Source: Octopus bimaculoides | Lineage: Eukaryota | Direction: 5' to 3' | Assembly (NCBI RefSeq): GCF_001194135.2 | Contig: NC_068987.1 | Coordinates: 68,730,857 to 68,794,856 of the forward strand | DNA: 64,000 nucleotides | Part shown: positions 1 through 12,736 of the stretch, piece by piece | Layout: every line of letters starts with the position of its first letter | How positions within the stretch are numbered: position 1 is the first letter of the stretch | Position numbers and translations under genes: made by a program | Notes under the pieces: generated by a model | Database searches by the model: none | The model's input: the letters and a program-made list of their open reading frames with translations, nothing else | What the model was told of the DNA's origin: nothing

Positions 1-289
1 GCTCGTGTAAATCTTTATAATGAAAACTGTTCTTGGTACATTCAGTAATCTCGTTTTCTTTTCTCCCATCGACTAATGTGAGCGTCATTTTTCAAAACAG
101 CCGTGAGTAATTTGCAAGTTTCTTTTTCTTCCTATTTCTAACAGATCTGGAGATATTAATGGCATTTTCTGTCCATAAGTTTGATGAGATGATGGATTCA
201 GTTGTGGCGTGACGGTGAACTTCTCGCTGTTGTCACCAAAAAACACACAAACATGCTTACGATGAAAGCATTCTTATATTTTCCCTATC

Positions 290-410
290 AGCATAGAACC
301 CAAGAGCACGTTATCCAATGTGACCCTTTTTTTATGGGGATACATTCTGATCTGAAAGAGATTTGTCTGTTATTTCTAGAAGGTCATGTGAGGGTGTAGA
401 GGCCCTCACG
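290..410 (-). mobile_element. Degenerate fragment of a dispersed repeat (working label F)
   Basis: Reverse complement reads CTAGAAATAACAGACAAATCTC...AAAAAAAGGGTCACATTGGATAA, which resembles 30833-30960 and 62915-63010. Confidence 0.4.
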
Positions 411-604
411 TTACTTTGTATACATAGTAATCAAATACTGTAATTAATAAAAGAATACATAACTCACACGCGTATAGACATGAGCCCGCGCAAATTGTTC
501 AATATACACTAATACCATTAACTGCAGATGATACACCACCGTCCTTTTCACAGCTTTCTACCAAAATCATTGAAATACCATTAAAAATAACGCTATTAAA
601 ATGA

Positions 605-720
605 CAGACACGGCAGAGTATGTCTTGAATTTTTAAAGTTACGTTCTTTGTAGTTTCATGTTCAAATCCCACTTTCTGCATTTTATACCTGCAGGGTTGA
701 TGAAATAAATACCAGACAGC
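605..720 (+). mobile_element. Highly degenerate type-A SINE relic
   Basis: GGCAGAG...GTTCAAATCCC...GGGTTGATGAAATAAATACCAG is collinear with the intact copy at 41056-41322. Confidence 0.4.
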
Positions 721-1225
721 CGTGTATTAATGTCTATTGAATCCATCAGACTCATACTTTACTTATTTCATGGTGTGGTGTGGTAGTATTGCCCACATAT
801 GAAGAAATTATCAATGTTACAGCGGCCATTGTTGTTATTACGTAGCCCCGGGTTAAGCCTAATAAAGGAGAACTGATCGTGGTAGCAATGATATAGATGA
901 TTACTGTGGAAGCAGTGACGGGTAGAAGCATACTGATGACGTCAAGGGTGACAATAGTGCAAACTTCCCTTGCTGTTGTTGTTGTTGTTGTTAGTGGTGA
1001 TGGTGGTGGTTGTGGTAGGAGTGGCGGTGATGACAGTGAGGTGGTGTACGCAGTGCGTATATGCTATGCATGTAATATTTGTGGTTGTTGGGATAGTACA
1101 GGAGCAGGTAGTGGTGTGGTTGTCTATCCGTGGTTGCGGTGGTAGTAATGGTGGTGGTTGTTGTAGTGGTTGTTAGTGGCGGCGTCAGTAAATCTTAGCA
1201 AGTTGCAAGAAGCAAATGGGACAGA

Positions 1226-1226
1226 G

Positions 1227-1277
<51 letters not shown>

Positions 1278-1296
1278 AAAGAGAGAGAGAGAGAGG
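1226..1296 (+). repeat. (AAAG)n/(AG)n microsatellite
   Basis: Direct reading. Confidence 0.95.
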
Positions 1297-2883
1297 GCGG
1301 GAAGGAGAAAGAGAAGCGTGAAGAGAAGGAGAGAAGTTGGAAAGAGAAAAATTGAAGAATCGATGGAAGTCTGGAAGAAGGCAAGAGGAAAGAAGGATTT
1401 GCGGATGAAATACAAGCAAAAGAGATTGAAGAATGATGTTGCACCCCTAGGGATAGGAAGGTAAAATAATAAAATAAATACAGAATAAATTTTTAAAATA
1501 CAATGAAATATATACGTTAGGAAGATTTAACTCCACCCTAGGAAAAAACAAAAAGCGACAAATAATCATATTANNNNNNNNNNNNNNNNNNNNNNNNNNN
1601 NNNNNNNNNNNNNNNNNNNNNNNNNNNNNNNNNNNNNNNNNNNNNNNNNNNNNNNNNNNNNNNNNNNNNNNNNNNNNNNNNNNNNNNNNNNNNNNNNNNN
1701 NNNNNNNNNNNNNNNNNNNNNNNNNNNNNNNNNNNNNNNNNNNNNNNNNNNNNNNNNNNNNNNNNNNNNNNNNNNNNNNNNNNNNNNNNNNNNNNNNNNN
1801 NNNNNNNNNNNNNNNNNNNNNNNNNNNNNNNNNNNNNNNNNNNNNNNNNNNNNNNNNNNNNNNNNNNNNNNNNNNNNNNNNNNNNNNNNNNNNNNNNNNN
1901 NNNNNNNNNNNNNNNNNNNNNNNNNNNNNNNNNNNNNNNNNNNNNNNNNNNNNNNNNNNNNNNNNNNNNNNNNNNNNNNNNNNNNNNNNNNNNNNNNNNN
2001 NNNNNNNNNNNNNNNNNNNNNNNNNNNNNNNNNNNNNNNNNNNNNNNNNNNNNNNNNNNNNNNNNNNNNNNNNNNNNNNNNNNNNNNNNNNNNNNNNNNN
2101 NNNNNNNNNNNNNNNNNNNNNNNNNNNNNNNNNNNNNNNNNNNNNNNNNNNNNNNNNNNNNNNNNNNNNNNNNNNNNNNNNNNNNNNNNNNNNNNNNNNN
2201 NNNNNNNNNNNNNNNNNNNNNNNNNNNNNNNNNNNNNNNNNNNNNNNNNNNNNNNNNNNNNNNNNNNNNNNNNNNNNNNNNNNNNNNNNNNNNNNNNNNN
2301 NNNNNNNNNNNNNNNNNNNNNNNNNNNNNNNNNNNNNNNNNNNNNNNNNNNNNNNNNNNNNNNNNNNNNNNNNNNNNNNNNNNNNNNNNNNNNNNNNNNN
2401 NNNNNNNNNNNNNNNNNNNNNNNNNNNNNNNNNNNNNNNNNNNNNNNNNNNNNNNNNNNNNNNNNNNNNNNNNNNNNAAATTTAGTGCTTCCTTATAGGG
2501 GGAACTTATAGGGAATTCTCTACATAATACATGGCCATGGAGAAATGAGATTGGTTGTTGTTCATGCCTTTCTGAAAGCAGCCAACGAATTTCAATCTAA
2601 TTACTCAAAGCCTGGATGACAACAAATTTTAGTCTTCCCTGCTTTGTATAAAAACGTTTTACTGGAAGCTGCAAAGTTCCTTGTTTTTTCGGTGTAATTC
2701 TAACAACCAATTACGGAAACCAAGTTGTGAAATTTATCACGGTGAGACTTTTTTTATAATTGCTTCGGGCCCTCAATTCTTGATGGAGTTTCGGCTATGC
2801 AGCCGTGGCACACGATGCAGTTGTGGCAGAACACGCTAGATACTACTGATTTCTTTCAGAAAGGGAAGATATGGAAGAATAGG

Positions 2884-3015
2884 ATCGACCCCAGCACAAG
2901 ACTAGTACATTATTTAACAATCCCGAAAGGATACCTCGGTGGCATTCCAGTGCTGAGAGCAGAAACGAAAACTGTAATCTATCCAATTCTCTAATGATTC
3001 GGTCAGATCGCCGTC
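2884..3015 (-). mobile_element. Degenerate type-A SINE with an internal deletion
   Basis: ATCGACCCCAG...ACTAGTAC...CCCGAAAGGAT...CTCGG matches the reverse complement of the type-A core. Confidence 0.5.
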
Positions 3016-3397
3016 TGACAATACGTAACTCGTTGCAGAGTGACGTTAGATCATGAATATAAGCTAAGTAAAGAAATATTCGTTATGCATAAAAAAAAAG
3101 CTTGAAGCGTTTTAACCAAATCAAACCATTAATTCTACGTCTAAACGCCTGGAGATGAATTAGTAGCATTGTCATTTTTCGAACTATTCACTTCATCTTT
3201 AGTGATAAAAGATGTTTCAGTATTTGTATATGCACCGCATTTCGATCGTCATCAGTTGTCGTATCTTGTGCCTGTGATCTACTGCCCCCAGTACCAAGGA
3301 TCTGAAACTTAATTACAAGGTTACATAATTTGTAGGAGAAATAAGGTTTAGTCGATTAAAGGGAATGTCAACCGCTGCCGAAGCGTGAATATAATAA

Positions 3398-3614
3398 GGG
3401 TTTCAAACTTTTGCAAAAGACCAGCAATTTCGGAGGAAGTCAAGTCAATTACATCGACCCCACAAAGTTCAAGTGTTACTTATTTTATCGACCCCGAAAA
3501 GATGAAAGGAAAAGTAGACCCTAGCGAACTTTGAACTCAGAATATAAGGCTGAAAGAAATTCCGCTAAGCAATTTCTCCCCGGTGTGGTAACTATTCTGT
3601 CACCCCGTCTCCTT
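3398..3614 (-). mobile_element. Type-A tRNA-derived SINE (GGTTTCAAA-type 3' end)
   Basis: TACTTATTTTATCGACCCCGAAAAGATGAAAGG core, TTGAACTC (reverse B-box) and CCGCTAAGC; collinear with 41056-41322. Confidence 0.8.
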
Positions 3615-3637
3615 ATAAACGTGAATATAATAATAAT

Positions 3638-3849
3638 CCTTTCTACTACAGGCGCAAGGCCAGAAATTTCGGGAGATGGGCTAAGTCGATTTCATCGACC
3701 GCAGTGCTCAACTAGTACTTATTTTATCAACCCGAAAGGGTGAAAGGCAAAGTCGAACCCGGCGGCATTTGAACTCAGTACGTAATGTAAGGCGAAATAC
3801 CGCTAAGCATTGTGCCCGGCATGCTAACAATTCTGCGAGACTCCACCTT
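3638..3849 (-). mobile_element. Type-A tRNA-derived SINE (TCCTTTCTACT-type 3' end)
   Basis: GTACTTATTTTATCAACCCGAAAGGGTGAAAGGCAAAGTCG...TTTGAACTC...GAAATACCGCTAAGCAT. Confidence 0.85.
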
Positions 3850-3859
3850 ATAAACGCGA

Positions 3860-3891
<32 letters not shown>

Positions 3892-4256
3892 GATTGAAAA
3901 CAAAACACGTATATATGCATTCTGGTGAGTAATTTATTGATATTACTTTTATATGCACATGAAACACACATATTTAAAAAGTAAGCCAATGTAAAGAGTT
4001 TCATCATAAAACAACTTGCTAAAAAGCCAACCAATCCTAAATAAACTCACACAAAAGACATTCCTATTGAACTTTGCACTTTCGCTTCACGTAATGTTGA
4101 CTTCACCGTTTGAAGCCTGGTCAACCTAACAGCGGGTGATATACTCGTTAACGCACACTCACAGACACGTACGCACACGCACGCGCACACACGCATGTAC
4201 ATCTACACACACATATATATGCACATGTGTGCCTGTAAATATATATATGTATATAT

Positions 4257-4300
4257 TAGATAGATAGATAGATAGATAGATGGATGGATGGATAGATGGC

Positions 4301-4361
<61 letters not shown>
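4257..4361 (+). repeat. (GATA)n microsatellite
   Basis: Direct reading; many similar arrays occur throughout the window. Confidence 0.95.
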
Positions 4362-4363
<2 letters not shown>

Positions 4364-4494
4364 ATGTAATCTCGAGAAACCTCAACTTGAGGGTCAGCTG
4401 TGAATATTATGTGCATCTGTGTATTTGTGTTTGTGCCCATGCACACAGTGAGTTTGTGCGTGTGTGTGTTTGTGTGTGTATGTGTGTATACATG

Positions 4495-4525
<31 letters not shown>

Positions 4526-4972
4526 TCTTGTATATATGCATATATGCATACATATGTATCCACTCCCACGAATACTCACGCGCAGCCTCTCATTCAGAAT
4601 AGCCGTCCAGAGATATCATATGTAAAAACGAAGGGGACATTTTAGATCCCTTTATTTTTTAACCTTTCCTTTGTGATGTGAACTGCTGGGACCAGTCGAT
4701 AGTTTGTTAACCTGATTAATAATCAATAAATAAATGAATTGCTTGCATGATTATGTGTGATATAAATGACTGCGTTGGTGTGTAGGTGCATATTTTCGTG
4801 TAAGTGCATGCGTGTGCATGTACGCGTGATTGTGTTCGGGTGTATCCGAGTGTGTTTGTGAATAATAGATATGCATTAAATGTGTATACGTACACGTCAT
4901 TTGTGCCTCATCAAAAATGTATGCGCACTCATGCTGCCTAATATCGTGTCGTGACTGGAGAGAAAAAGGGAA

Positions 4973-5004
<32 letters not shown>

Positions 5005-7092
5005 GGAGAAGGAGAGAGAGGGGGAGAGGGTTTGTGTGTGTGTGTAGATGTAGAAAGGAACATGGAAACAGTTAGAGGGACAAAGGAGAAAGTAAATGGC
5101 AACAAAAGAGAAAGTGAAACAATAGAAAAGATGGATAAATAAATATAAGAAAGAAAAAAACAAATGAAGGAACAAAGGAATGAAGAAAAAAGAAAGGAAA
5201 ATTGGATGAATGAAATAGAGGAGGAAAGAACGAACGGTGTATATGACTTCTAAATTGTAACTGTTGAAATGCACAGCGCTCCTCGACAGTATGTCAGCGT
5301 GTGCAAACGTATTTACATATTAGGCGCTCTATCACAGTGTGATAGGTTGAAATGTTTGTCTATATTCTTCTATAAGTATATGTCTCTTTAATTTTGGTTG
5401 ACCTGTCTTTGGCTAATATGCTACTTTATGTTTGAAGAAGTAAATTTGTAGGCTGGGAAATGTATTAACCTCTCGGTGGAATAGTTTTCTGTTCTTATAC
5501 TGTCACAAACACAGCGCTGCATTCACGGAGATGCACTGAGATTCTCAATTCATACCACTTATATAGACAGGAGAGCAACAGACTCAAATAATATACACTA
5601 TTATCCTGCCATCATTAGCATTGCCACGTCCATCAGCATCAACACCACCTTCATAATTATCACCAATAGCATCACCACTATTATCATTATCACAGCACCC
5701 AACAATACCGTTTGTAACCATCATCATCGTCATCATCATCATCGTCATTGTTACCATTATCACGACAGCTATCATCACTGCCATAGCAACCATCATCACC
5801 ACAAGAACCACTATCAGCTCTTTCATTGTCATCTACATCACCATGGCCATCACCAACACCAACATTTATAGCGACGCCTCAACGATCATTATCGCCCTCA
5901 ACACCAAAATTACAAGAACAAAGAAGCTAGAGACTAATAGATGTTGGTTAGTCTCAGCCTGTATGTTATACATATTGCTGTTATGTTCGGTAGCTCTGAG
6001 GGTTCAGCATTAATTCTCTCGTGCAACCACCAAAAATTAATTCAGTTCTTTACACCTGAGCCAGAATGGCTATATCTTTTCGAAGGACAATAATGGTGCA
6101 TATAAAGTGAAACGATTTCAACCAAGAATCGAAGCCGAAAAGGGGGCTTCAGTTTTCACCTTTGTATGAGAAGCAGTGCTGTATACTGTCTTAAAAGAAA
6201 CGAATATAATAGATGCAAAATACTATGACTTGCTCCGTAGAACTCAAACCAAAAGATGAATTCGATTCGAGGATAAACATAATACCGTTTCTCTNNNNNN
6301 NNNNNNNNNNNNNNNNNNNNNNNNNNNNNNNNNNNNNNNNNNNNNNNNNNNNNNNNNNNNNNNNNNNNNNNNNNNNNNNNNNNNNNNNNNNNNNNNNNNN
6401 NNNNNNNNNNNNNNNNNNNNNNNNNNNNNNNNNNNNNNNNNNNNNNNNNNNNNNNNNNNNNNNNNNNNNNNNNNNNNNNNNNNNNNNNNNNNNNNNNNNN
6501 NNNNNNNNNNNNNNNNNNNNNNNNNNNNNNNNNNNNNNNNNNNNNNNNNNNNNNNNNNNNNNNNNNNNNNNNNNNNNNNNNNNNNNNNNNNNNNNNNNNN
6601 NNNNNNNNNNNNNNNNNNNNNNNNNNNNNNNNNNNNNNNNNNNNNNNNNNNNNNNNNNNNNNNNNNNNNNNNNNNNNNNNNNNNNNNNNNNNNNNNNNNN
6701 NNNNNNNNNNNNNNNNNNNNNNNNNNNNNNNNNNNNNNNNNNNNNNNNNNNNNNNNNNNNNNNNNNNNNNNNNNNNNNNNNNNNNNNNNNNNNNNNNNNN
6801 NNNNNNNNNNNNNNNNNNNNNNNNNNNNNNNNNNNNNNNNNNNNNNNNNNNNNNNNNNNNNNNNNNNNNNNNNNNNNNNNNNNNNNNNNNNNNNNNNNNN
6901 NNNNNNNNNNNNNNNNNNNNNNNNNNNNNNNNNNNNNNNNNNNNNNNNNNNNNNNNNNNNNNNNNNNNNNNNNNNNNNNNNNNNNNNNNNNNNNNNNNNN
7001 NNNNNNNNNNNNNNNNNNNNNNNNNNNNNNNNNNNNNNNNNNNNNNNNNNNNNNNNNNNNNNNNNNNNNNNNNNNNNNNTATATAAATATAT

Positions 7093-7147
<55 letters not shown>

Positions 7148-7741
7148 TACAAACATGTATGCATTCATACATACATACACACATACATACATACATACGT
7201 GCATACATACATACGTGCATACATACATACAGTTGTGTGTGAGTGTGTGTTTGTATGGACATCACGTAAGTGTTATATAACATAAGAGTTTCTCCCCCTT
7301 TAATTACACATCCATAATATTTGTCATATTTTGACATTATACCGTGTGAAGGCACCCTAAAGAAAAGAAGTGATACTTTTAGAAACCTCGCGGGATCTAT
7401 AAGACCGTTATTTAACCACATTTTCGAAGCGTTAAGTGGATAAGAGCCAAATTTTTGACCAGTTCTACTAATGTATTGCAGATAGAAATTTGTCATTGCT
7501 ATTCACGGCAGTGATGAGATAACAGACACGTGTAAAGTGTTCTGGTCAAAGACAACATAATGCCTGCCATTATGTGAACTTAAATGGGCTGTGAATGTTT
7601 TTTTCTTCCGGTTGATTTTTTTTTATAGTTTAATCACAGATAGAGAAAGGCTACACCCATGAGCCTTTTCGCATGGCCTTCTTGATTGGTAGGTGAAGCA
7701 ACGAAGACTTGTGGTTTAACTACAGGCTACGTACAGTACAG

Positions 7742-8125
7742 GAGGCGCAATGGCTCAGTGGTTAGGGCAGCGAACTCGCGATCATAGGATCGCGGTTTCG
7801 ATTCCCAGACCGGGCGTTCTGAGTGTTTATTGAGCGAAAACACCTAAAGCACCACGTGACTCCGGCAGGGGATGGTGGCGAACCCTGCTGTACTCTTTCA
7901 CCACAACTTTCTCTCACTCTTACTTCCTGTTTCTGTTGTGCCTGTAATTCAAAGAGCCAGCCTTGTCACACTCTGTGTCACACTGAATCTCTCCGAGAAC
8001 TAAGTTAAGGGTACACGTGTCTGTGGAGTGCTCAGCCACTTGCACGTTAATTTCACGAACAGACTGTTCCGTTGATTGGATCAACTGGAACCCTCGAAGT
8101 CGTAAGCGACGGAGTGCCAACACAC
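7742..8125 (+). mobile_element. Full-length tRNA-derived SINE (head B + tail X) with a 13-bp target-site duplication
   Basis: A-box TGGCTCAGTGG (7751-7761), B-box GGTTTCGATTCC (7794-7805), 3' stem-loops, and TSD ACGTACAGTACAG at 7729-7741 and 8126-8138. Confidence 0.92.
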
Positions 8126-9738
8126 ACGTACAGTACAGATCATAAGAATGTTTACAAAATTAAGGACACTGTGAAAGGCATTCGATGATCAGATGGAGGT
8201 GTTTAACAAAGGGATGTATCTTATCCGTTAAGTCAATTGATCTTTGATGATGGTNNNNNNNNNNNNNNNNNNNNNNNNNNNNNNNNNNNNNNNNNNNNNN
8301 NNNNNNNNNNNNNNNNNNNNNNNNNNNNNNNNNNNNNNNNNNNNNNNNNNNNNNNNNNNNNNNNNNNNNNNNNNNNNNNNNNNNNNNNNNNNNNNNNNNN
8401 NNNNNNNNNNNNNNNNNNNNNNNNNNNNNNNNNNNNNNNNNNNNNNNNNNNNNNNNNNNNNNNNNNNNNNNNNNNNNNNNNNNNNNNNNNNNNNNNNNNN
8501 NNNNNNNNNNNNNNNNNNNNNNNNNNNNNNNNNNNNNNNNNNNNNNNNNNNNNNNNNNNNNNNNNNNNNNNNNNNNNNNNNNNNNNNNNNNNNNNNNNNN
8601 NNNNNNNNNNNNNNNNNNNNNNNNNNNNNNNNNNNNNNNNNNNNNNNNNNNNNNNNNNNNNNNNNNNNNNNNNNNNNNNNNNNNNNNNNNNNNNNNNNNN
8701 NNNNNNNNNNNNNNNNNNNNNNNNNNNNNNNNNNNNNNNNNNNNNNNNNNNNNNNNNNNNNNNNNNNNNNNNNNNNNNNNNNNNNNNNNNNNNNNNNNNN
8801 NNNNNNNNNNNNNNNNNNNNNNNNNNNNNNNNNNNNNNNNNNNNNNNNNNNNNNNNNNAGTGAGACTGAACACCCGGAGCCAAATAATGAAAATGAAAAA
8901 ATAAAATCTTCTGTAAAATGTTTTGAACTCGCAAACTACGAGTCGTCAAAGTAAACGAACGGCCCAGCTTCCTATCAAAAAAGCGGTGATTTAGTTATAG
9001 TGAAAAATGGCCTTTCGCTTCTGCAAGCAGTGTGTATAGGGTGGCGAGAAAGAGCGAGGGGAAAGAGAAAGTGATAGAGCATATTCCAGCTGTTGTAAAC
9101 TTGTTTGCAAAAACGACAAACGTAAAACAATAAAATAGATGCACGTATGTAGGTCTTGCAAAAATATATATGCTAACAGTTGTACATTCTTGCATGTTGC
9201 ACACGATCTATACGTAAAAAGAAGGCAAAGGTATTTATTGTTTGCATAAAGTGAGTCTCTACCAAACTGACCTAAAATATTATAAACGGCATTCCCATTG
9301 TGATCATCCTTGTTTCGCTTAGTCTTTTTCTTTTTTCTTTTCTAGCACTATATACATATCCTGGTGTGCATTACCTAATGTAGCTTTCTAATTGTTTAGC
9401 TGCTCTTTTCAGCAGGTTAAGCGAATGTGCAGAAGCTTCCCAGTTAGCTTATCATAACAGAAGGTATATAAACGTGGGCAGTGCAGAAATTGTTTGCTAG
9501 TCGTCTCGGTATGTTTACGTCCAAGTAGGAAGCAGTTTGTCTGTCAATGCAGTCGGCTGTATTCAAGTGTTTCTCTGTAGATTTGTCAAAGAGATGAATG
9601 TGTTTGGTAATTGTGATATGCGTATGATTAGAGTGGTAGTGCATGAAGGTGTATGTGTGCATGCGCGCGTGTGTAAAAACGAAAAACCACTTCAAAATGA
9701 GTATGAGACTCTCTCTCTCCCCTCTCTGTCTCTGTGAC

Positions 9739-9797
<59 letters not shown>

Positions 9798-10145
9798 ACA
9801 TGTATGTGTGTGTATATATATAGCTGTGTATTAAATCTTAACGCCAACATATGTTCTCTTCATTCTGTCATCATGGCAAGGTTACTATAGTAACCGACAT
9901 TGCTACATTTCCCCCCCCCCGCCTCATGTTATTCCGCTTTTCTGTCCGTTTGTCTCCGTTACATTCGCCAACACTCACCCGTCACAACCTCCCCATACTT
10001 CTGTTTGCTTGGCGCCTGTCTGTTTGAATGCTTGTCAACCCCCACCTTCTCTCTCTCTCTCTCTCCTTATCAATCTCTCTTAATCACTCTCTCCCTCTCC
10101 CTCCCTCNNNNNNNNNNCAATCTCTCTTAATCACTCTCTCCCTCT

Positions 10146-10188
<43 letters not shown>

Positions 10189-10446
10189 TCCTATGTATCG
10201 ATTGCCATGAACAGCTTACAACATTATCACTTTTACCTCAGATTGCCATACAGCCACACAAACTGAAGACCGAGACCAGTTAATTTATCTCATTTGGTTC
10301 TTTCTGTTCTTTCAGCTGTTTATATATCTTAATCATAAACAACATTTTCAATATTTTGAAAGCATATAAGTATGTACGCATTCATATACATACATACATA
10401 CTACATACGTATATATGTACGTATATGTATACACACACACGCACAC

Positions 10447-10493
<47 letters not shown>

Positions 10494-10564
10494 ATACAAA
10501 GAATATGTATACATGTATACACACATATATGTACATACTTACATCTACATGTGTATATATATGC

Positions 10565-10690
10565 ATATCAGGGTACAGGACGTTAGAACAATGAACTACA
10601 GACAACGGAACGAACACATAGGAAAACGGAAAGCCACTTGGAATATTCCTTCATCAGCTGCCTCTATTCTAACCTGACGTTTCGAAGAGA
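10565..10690 (-). mobile_element. Possible Penelope-like terminal fragment
   Basis: Minus strand carries CGAAACGTC and CTGATGAAGGAATATTCC (hammerhead-like half motifs). CGAACACATAGGAAA is shared with about 14335-14349. Confidence 0.35.
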
Positions 10691-10737
10691 ATGCATATAA
10701 ATACATAGAGATACAGATATGCATATACATACATGCA

Positions 10738-10858
10738 GACACTTACCCAAGGTGCCACGCACAGGCAGCCTTAGCAAGTGCCTTCTACTTTGGCCTTGAG
10801 TCAACCAAAGCCTTGTAAGTAGATTTGGTAGACGGAAACTGAAAGAAGCTCGTCCTAT
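10738..10858 (+). mobile_element. Type-D SINE with a fold-back (inverted) 5' part
   Basis: Forward CCTTAGCAAGTGCCTTCTACT...GGATTTGG-like tail AGATTTGGTAGACGGAAACTGAAAGAAGC, preceded by the inverted segment GACACTTACCCAAGGTGCC. Confidence 0.7.
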
Positions 10859-10863
10859 ATTCA

Positions 10864-10896
<33 letters not shown>

Positions 10897-11199
10897 NNNN
10901 NNNNNNNNNNNNNNNNNNNNNNNNNNNNNNNNNNNNNNNNNNNNNNNNNNNNNNNNNNNNNNNNNNNNNNNNNNNNNNNNNNNNNNNNNNNNNNNNNNNN
11001 NNNNNNNNNNNNNNNNNNNNNNNNNNNNNNNNNNNNNNNNNNNNNNNNNNNNNNNNNNNNNNNNNNNNNNNNNNNNNNNNNNNNNNNNNNNNNNNNNNNN
11101 NNNNNNNNNNNNNNNNNNNNNNNNNNNNNNNNNNNNNNNNNNNNNNNNNNNNGACAGACATACAGACAGACAGACATACAGGCAGGCAGACAGACAGAC

Positions 11200-11246
<47 letters not shown>

Positions 11247-11344
11247 AGTATGTGTTTGTGTGTGTGTGTGTGTGTGTGTTTGTCTGTGTTCCCCCGCCCC
11301 ATCACAACTTGACAATATATTTATATATATACATTATATGCATA

Positions 11345-11500
11345 CATATATATAGTTGAAATTTATAGAAAAACAAAATACGAAGACAGGTGTATGAAAA
11401 AACATGTGTATTAGTTTGACGCTCGGGAAAATGAAAGCATGTTTTACATTTCGAGCCTACGCTCTTTATCACAAAGCAATAAGAGAAAATAAACAGAGAG
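11345..11500 (-). mobile_element. Penelope-like terminal repeat fragment with a decayed minimal hammerhead
   Basis: Minus strand: GCTTT GTGATAA A GAGC-GTAG-GCTC GAAA TG TA AAAC, then CCCGAGCGTCAAACTAATAC; homologous to 12480-12625. Confidence 0.55.
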
Positions 11501-11682
11501 AGAATGAAAAAGACATTTAGATTTAGCGGTCAAGTATGGTGAATGATTAGAAAAAAATGTTTGTGTATGTGAAAATGGTGTGTGTGAATGAGTGTGTGTT
11601 TATGAATAGGGGCTAATGACACTGACGTGTGGGAGTGTGTGCGTGCGTGTGTAAGTGTGTGCGTCTGTAACGTGTGGCTGCT

Positions 11683-11714
<32 letters not shown>

Positions 11715-11972
11715 GCTCATAGATGGGAATCAGATACTCTCCGTATAGAATACAGTTAGTAGTGCTCAAGCGGTTTAAATTTGAGCGGGTAGAAGAGTAA
11801 ATGTATATATAGATATGTGTAAGTCAGACCTTTTTGTATGTAAACATATAAATACATTTTTTGTATTTAATGTATTTAATATTCTTTATATATCTAACTT
11901 GCTTGTCTTTACATTGGCTCCNNNNNNNNNNNNNNNNNNNNNNNNNNNNNNNNNNNNNNNNNNNNNNNNNNA

Positions 11973-12108
11973 TTCGGAAGACTTTCGTCGACCCTAGGCT
12001 ACAGAAAAAACAAAAAAAAACACATGCCCAAGGTGCCACGCAGAGGGACTGAATAAGGAACCATGTTGTCGGGAAGCAAGATTCTAAACACGCAGCCACA
12101 CCTGTAAC
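11973..12108 (-). mobile_element. Type-D SINE (tRNA head + CORE-like segment)
   Basis: TGCCCAAGGTGCCACGCAG...GGAACCATG...GGAAGCAAG...CAGCCAC. Confidence 0.75.
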
Positions 12109-12479
12109 TATATTCAAATATTTTCTTTCTATTTCGTGAAGTTATTTTCTTATAAGAGGGTTTATAAATTATTTCTTCTGTATTTAAAGTAAAAATATTA
12201 CTCCCCAAAAGCTGTGGCCATTATTGGTTTCAAATTTTGGCACAAGGCCAGCAATTTCAGGGAATAATGCCATAACATGATAAACAGACTGATACTGCGA
12301 CACAGTGACATTAAAATGTTGGATCTATTGCATATCACTTACAACGGTATTTCCATAGTTCAAAAAACATAAATGTCACGATATCCTATTTTTCCTTCTC
12401 TTAAAAATCTAGTCACTGACACGTTTATATACATCAGCCATGCAACCATACAAGTGTTTCTTTCGGACAATTCTTTTCT

Positions 12480-12625
12480 TTCTCACTGGATTTTTTTCTC
12501 TCTGACGATGAGCTATGATCGAAACGTCACATCCACTCTTTTACCATTCTTAAACTTTCTCTGAGCGTCAACCTAATACAATTACTCCCTTTTGACTTTG
12601 TTGTTCTTCCTGTTTTTGTTTTTAC
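12480..12625 (+). mobile_element. Penelope-like terminal repeat fragment with a decayed minimal hammerhead
   Basis: CTGACGA T GAGC TAT GATC GAAA CG TC (12502-12528), then CTGAGCGTCAACCTAATAC; inverted relative to the 11345-11500 copy. Confidence 0.55.
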
Positions 12626-12654
12626 TTTTCACTTGCCTATATACATACATATAG

Positions 12655-12736
<82 letters not shown>

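Noticed and set aside
202-681. ORFs 202-399 (+) and 499-681 (-), with apparent splice sites
   Set aside because: They overlap degenerate repeat F and type-A SINE relics, and the peptides are unrecognisable.
3235-3260. CTGATGA-CGATC-GAAA on the minus strand
   Set aside because: There is no viable stem II, UH cleavage site or stem I; at most a heavily deleted relic.
5329-5345. CTATCAC-AGT-GTGATAG palindrome resembling a tet operator
   Set aside because: Only 7-bp arms in eukaryotic DNA; expected by chance.
6132-6157. GAAGCC/GGCTTC hairpin followed by a T-rich run (terminator-like)
   Set aside because: Intrinsic terminators are not relevant in this eukaryotic context, and the stem is short.
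7742-7810. tRNA-like sequences here and at 36947, 47845 and 62700-62763
   Set aside because: A and B boxes are present but there is no complete cloverleaf; they continue into SINE bodies, so they are SINE heads rather than tRNA genes.
10071-10154. Exact 37-bp direct repeat on both sides of a 10-N gap
   Set aside because: Typical unmerged contig overlap (assembly artefact).
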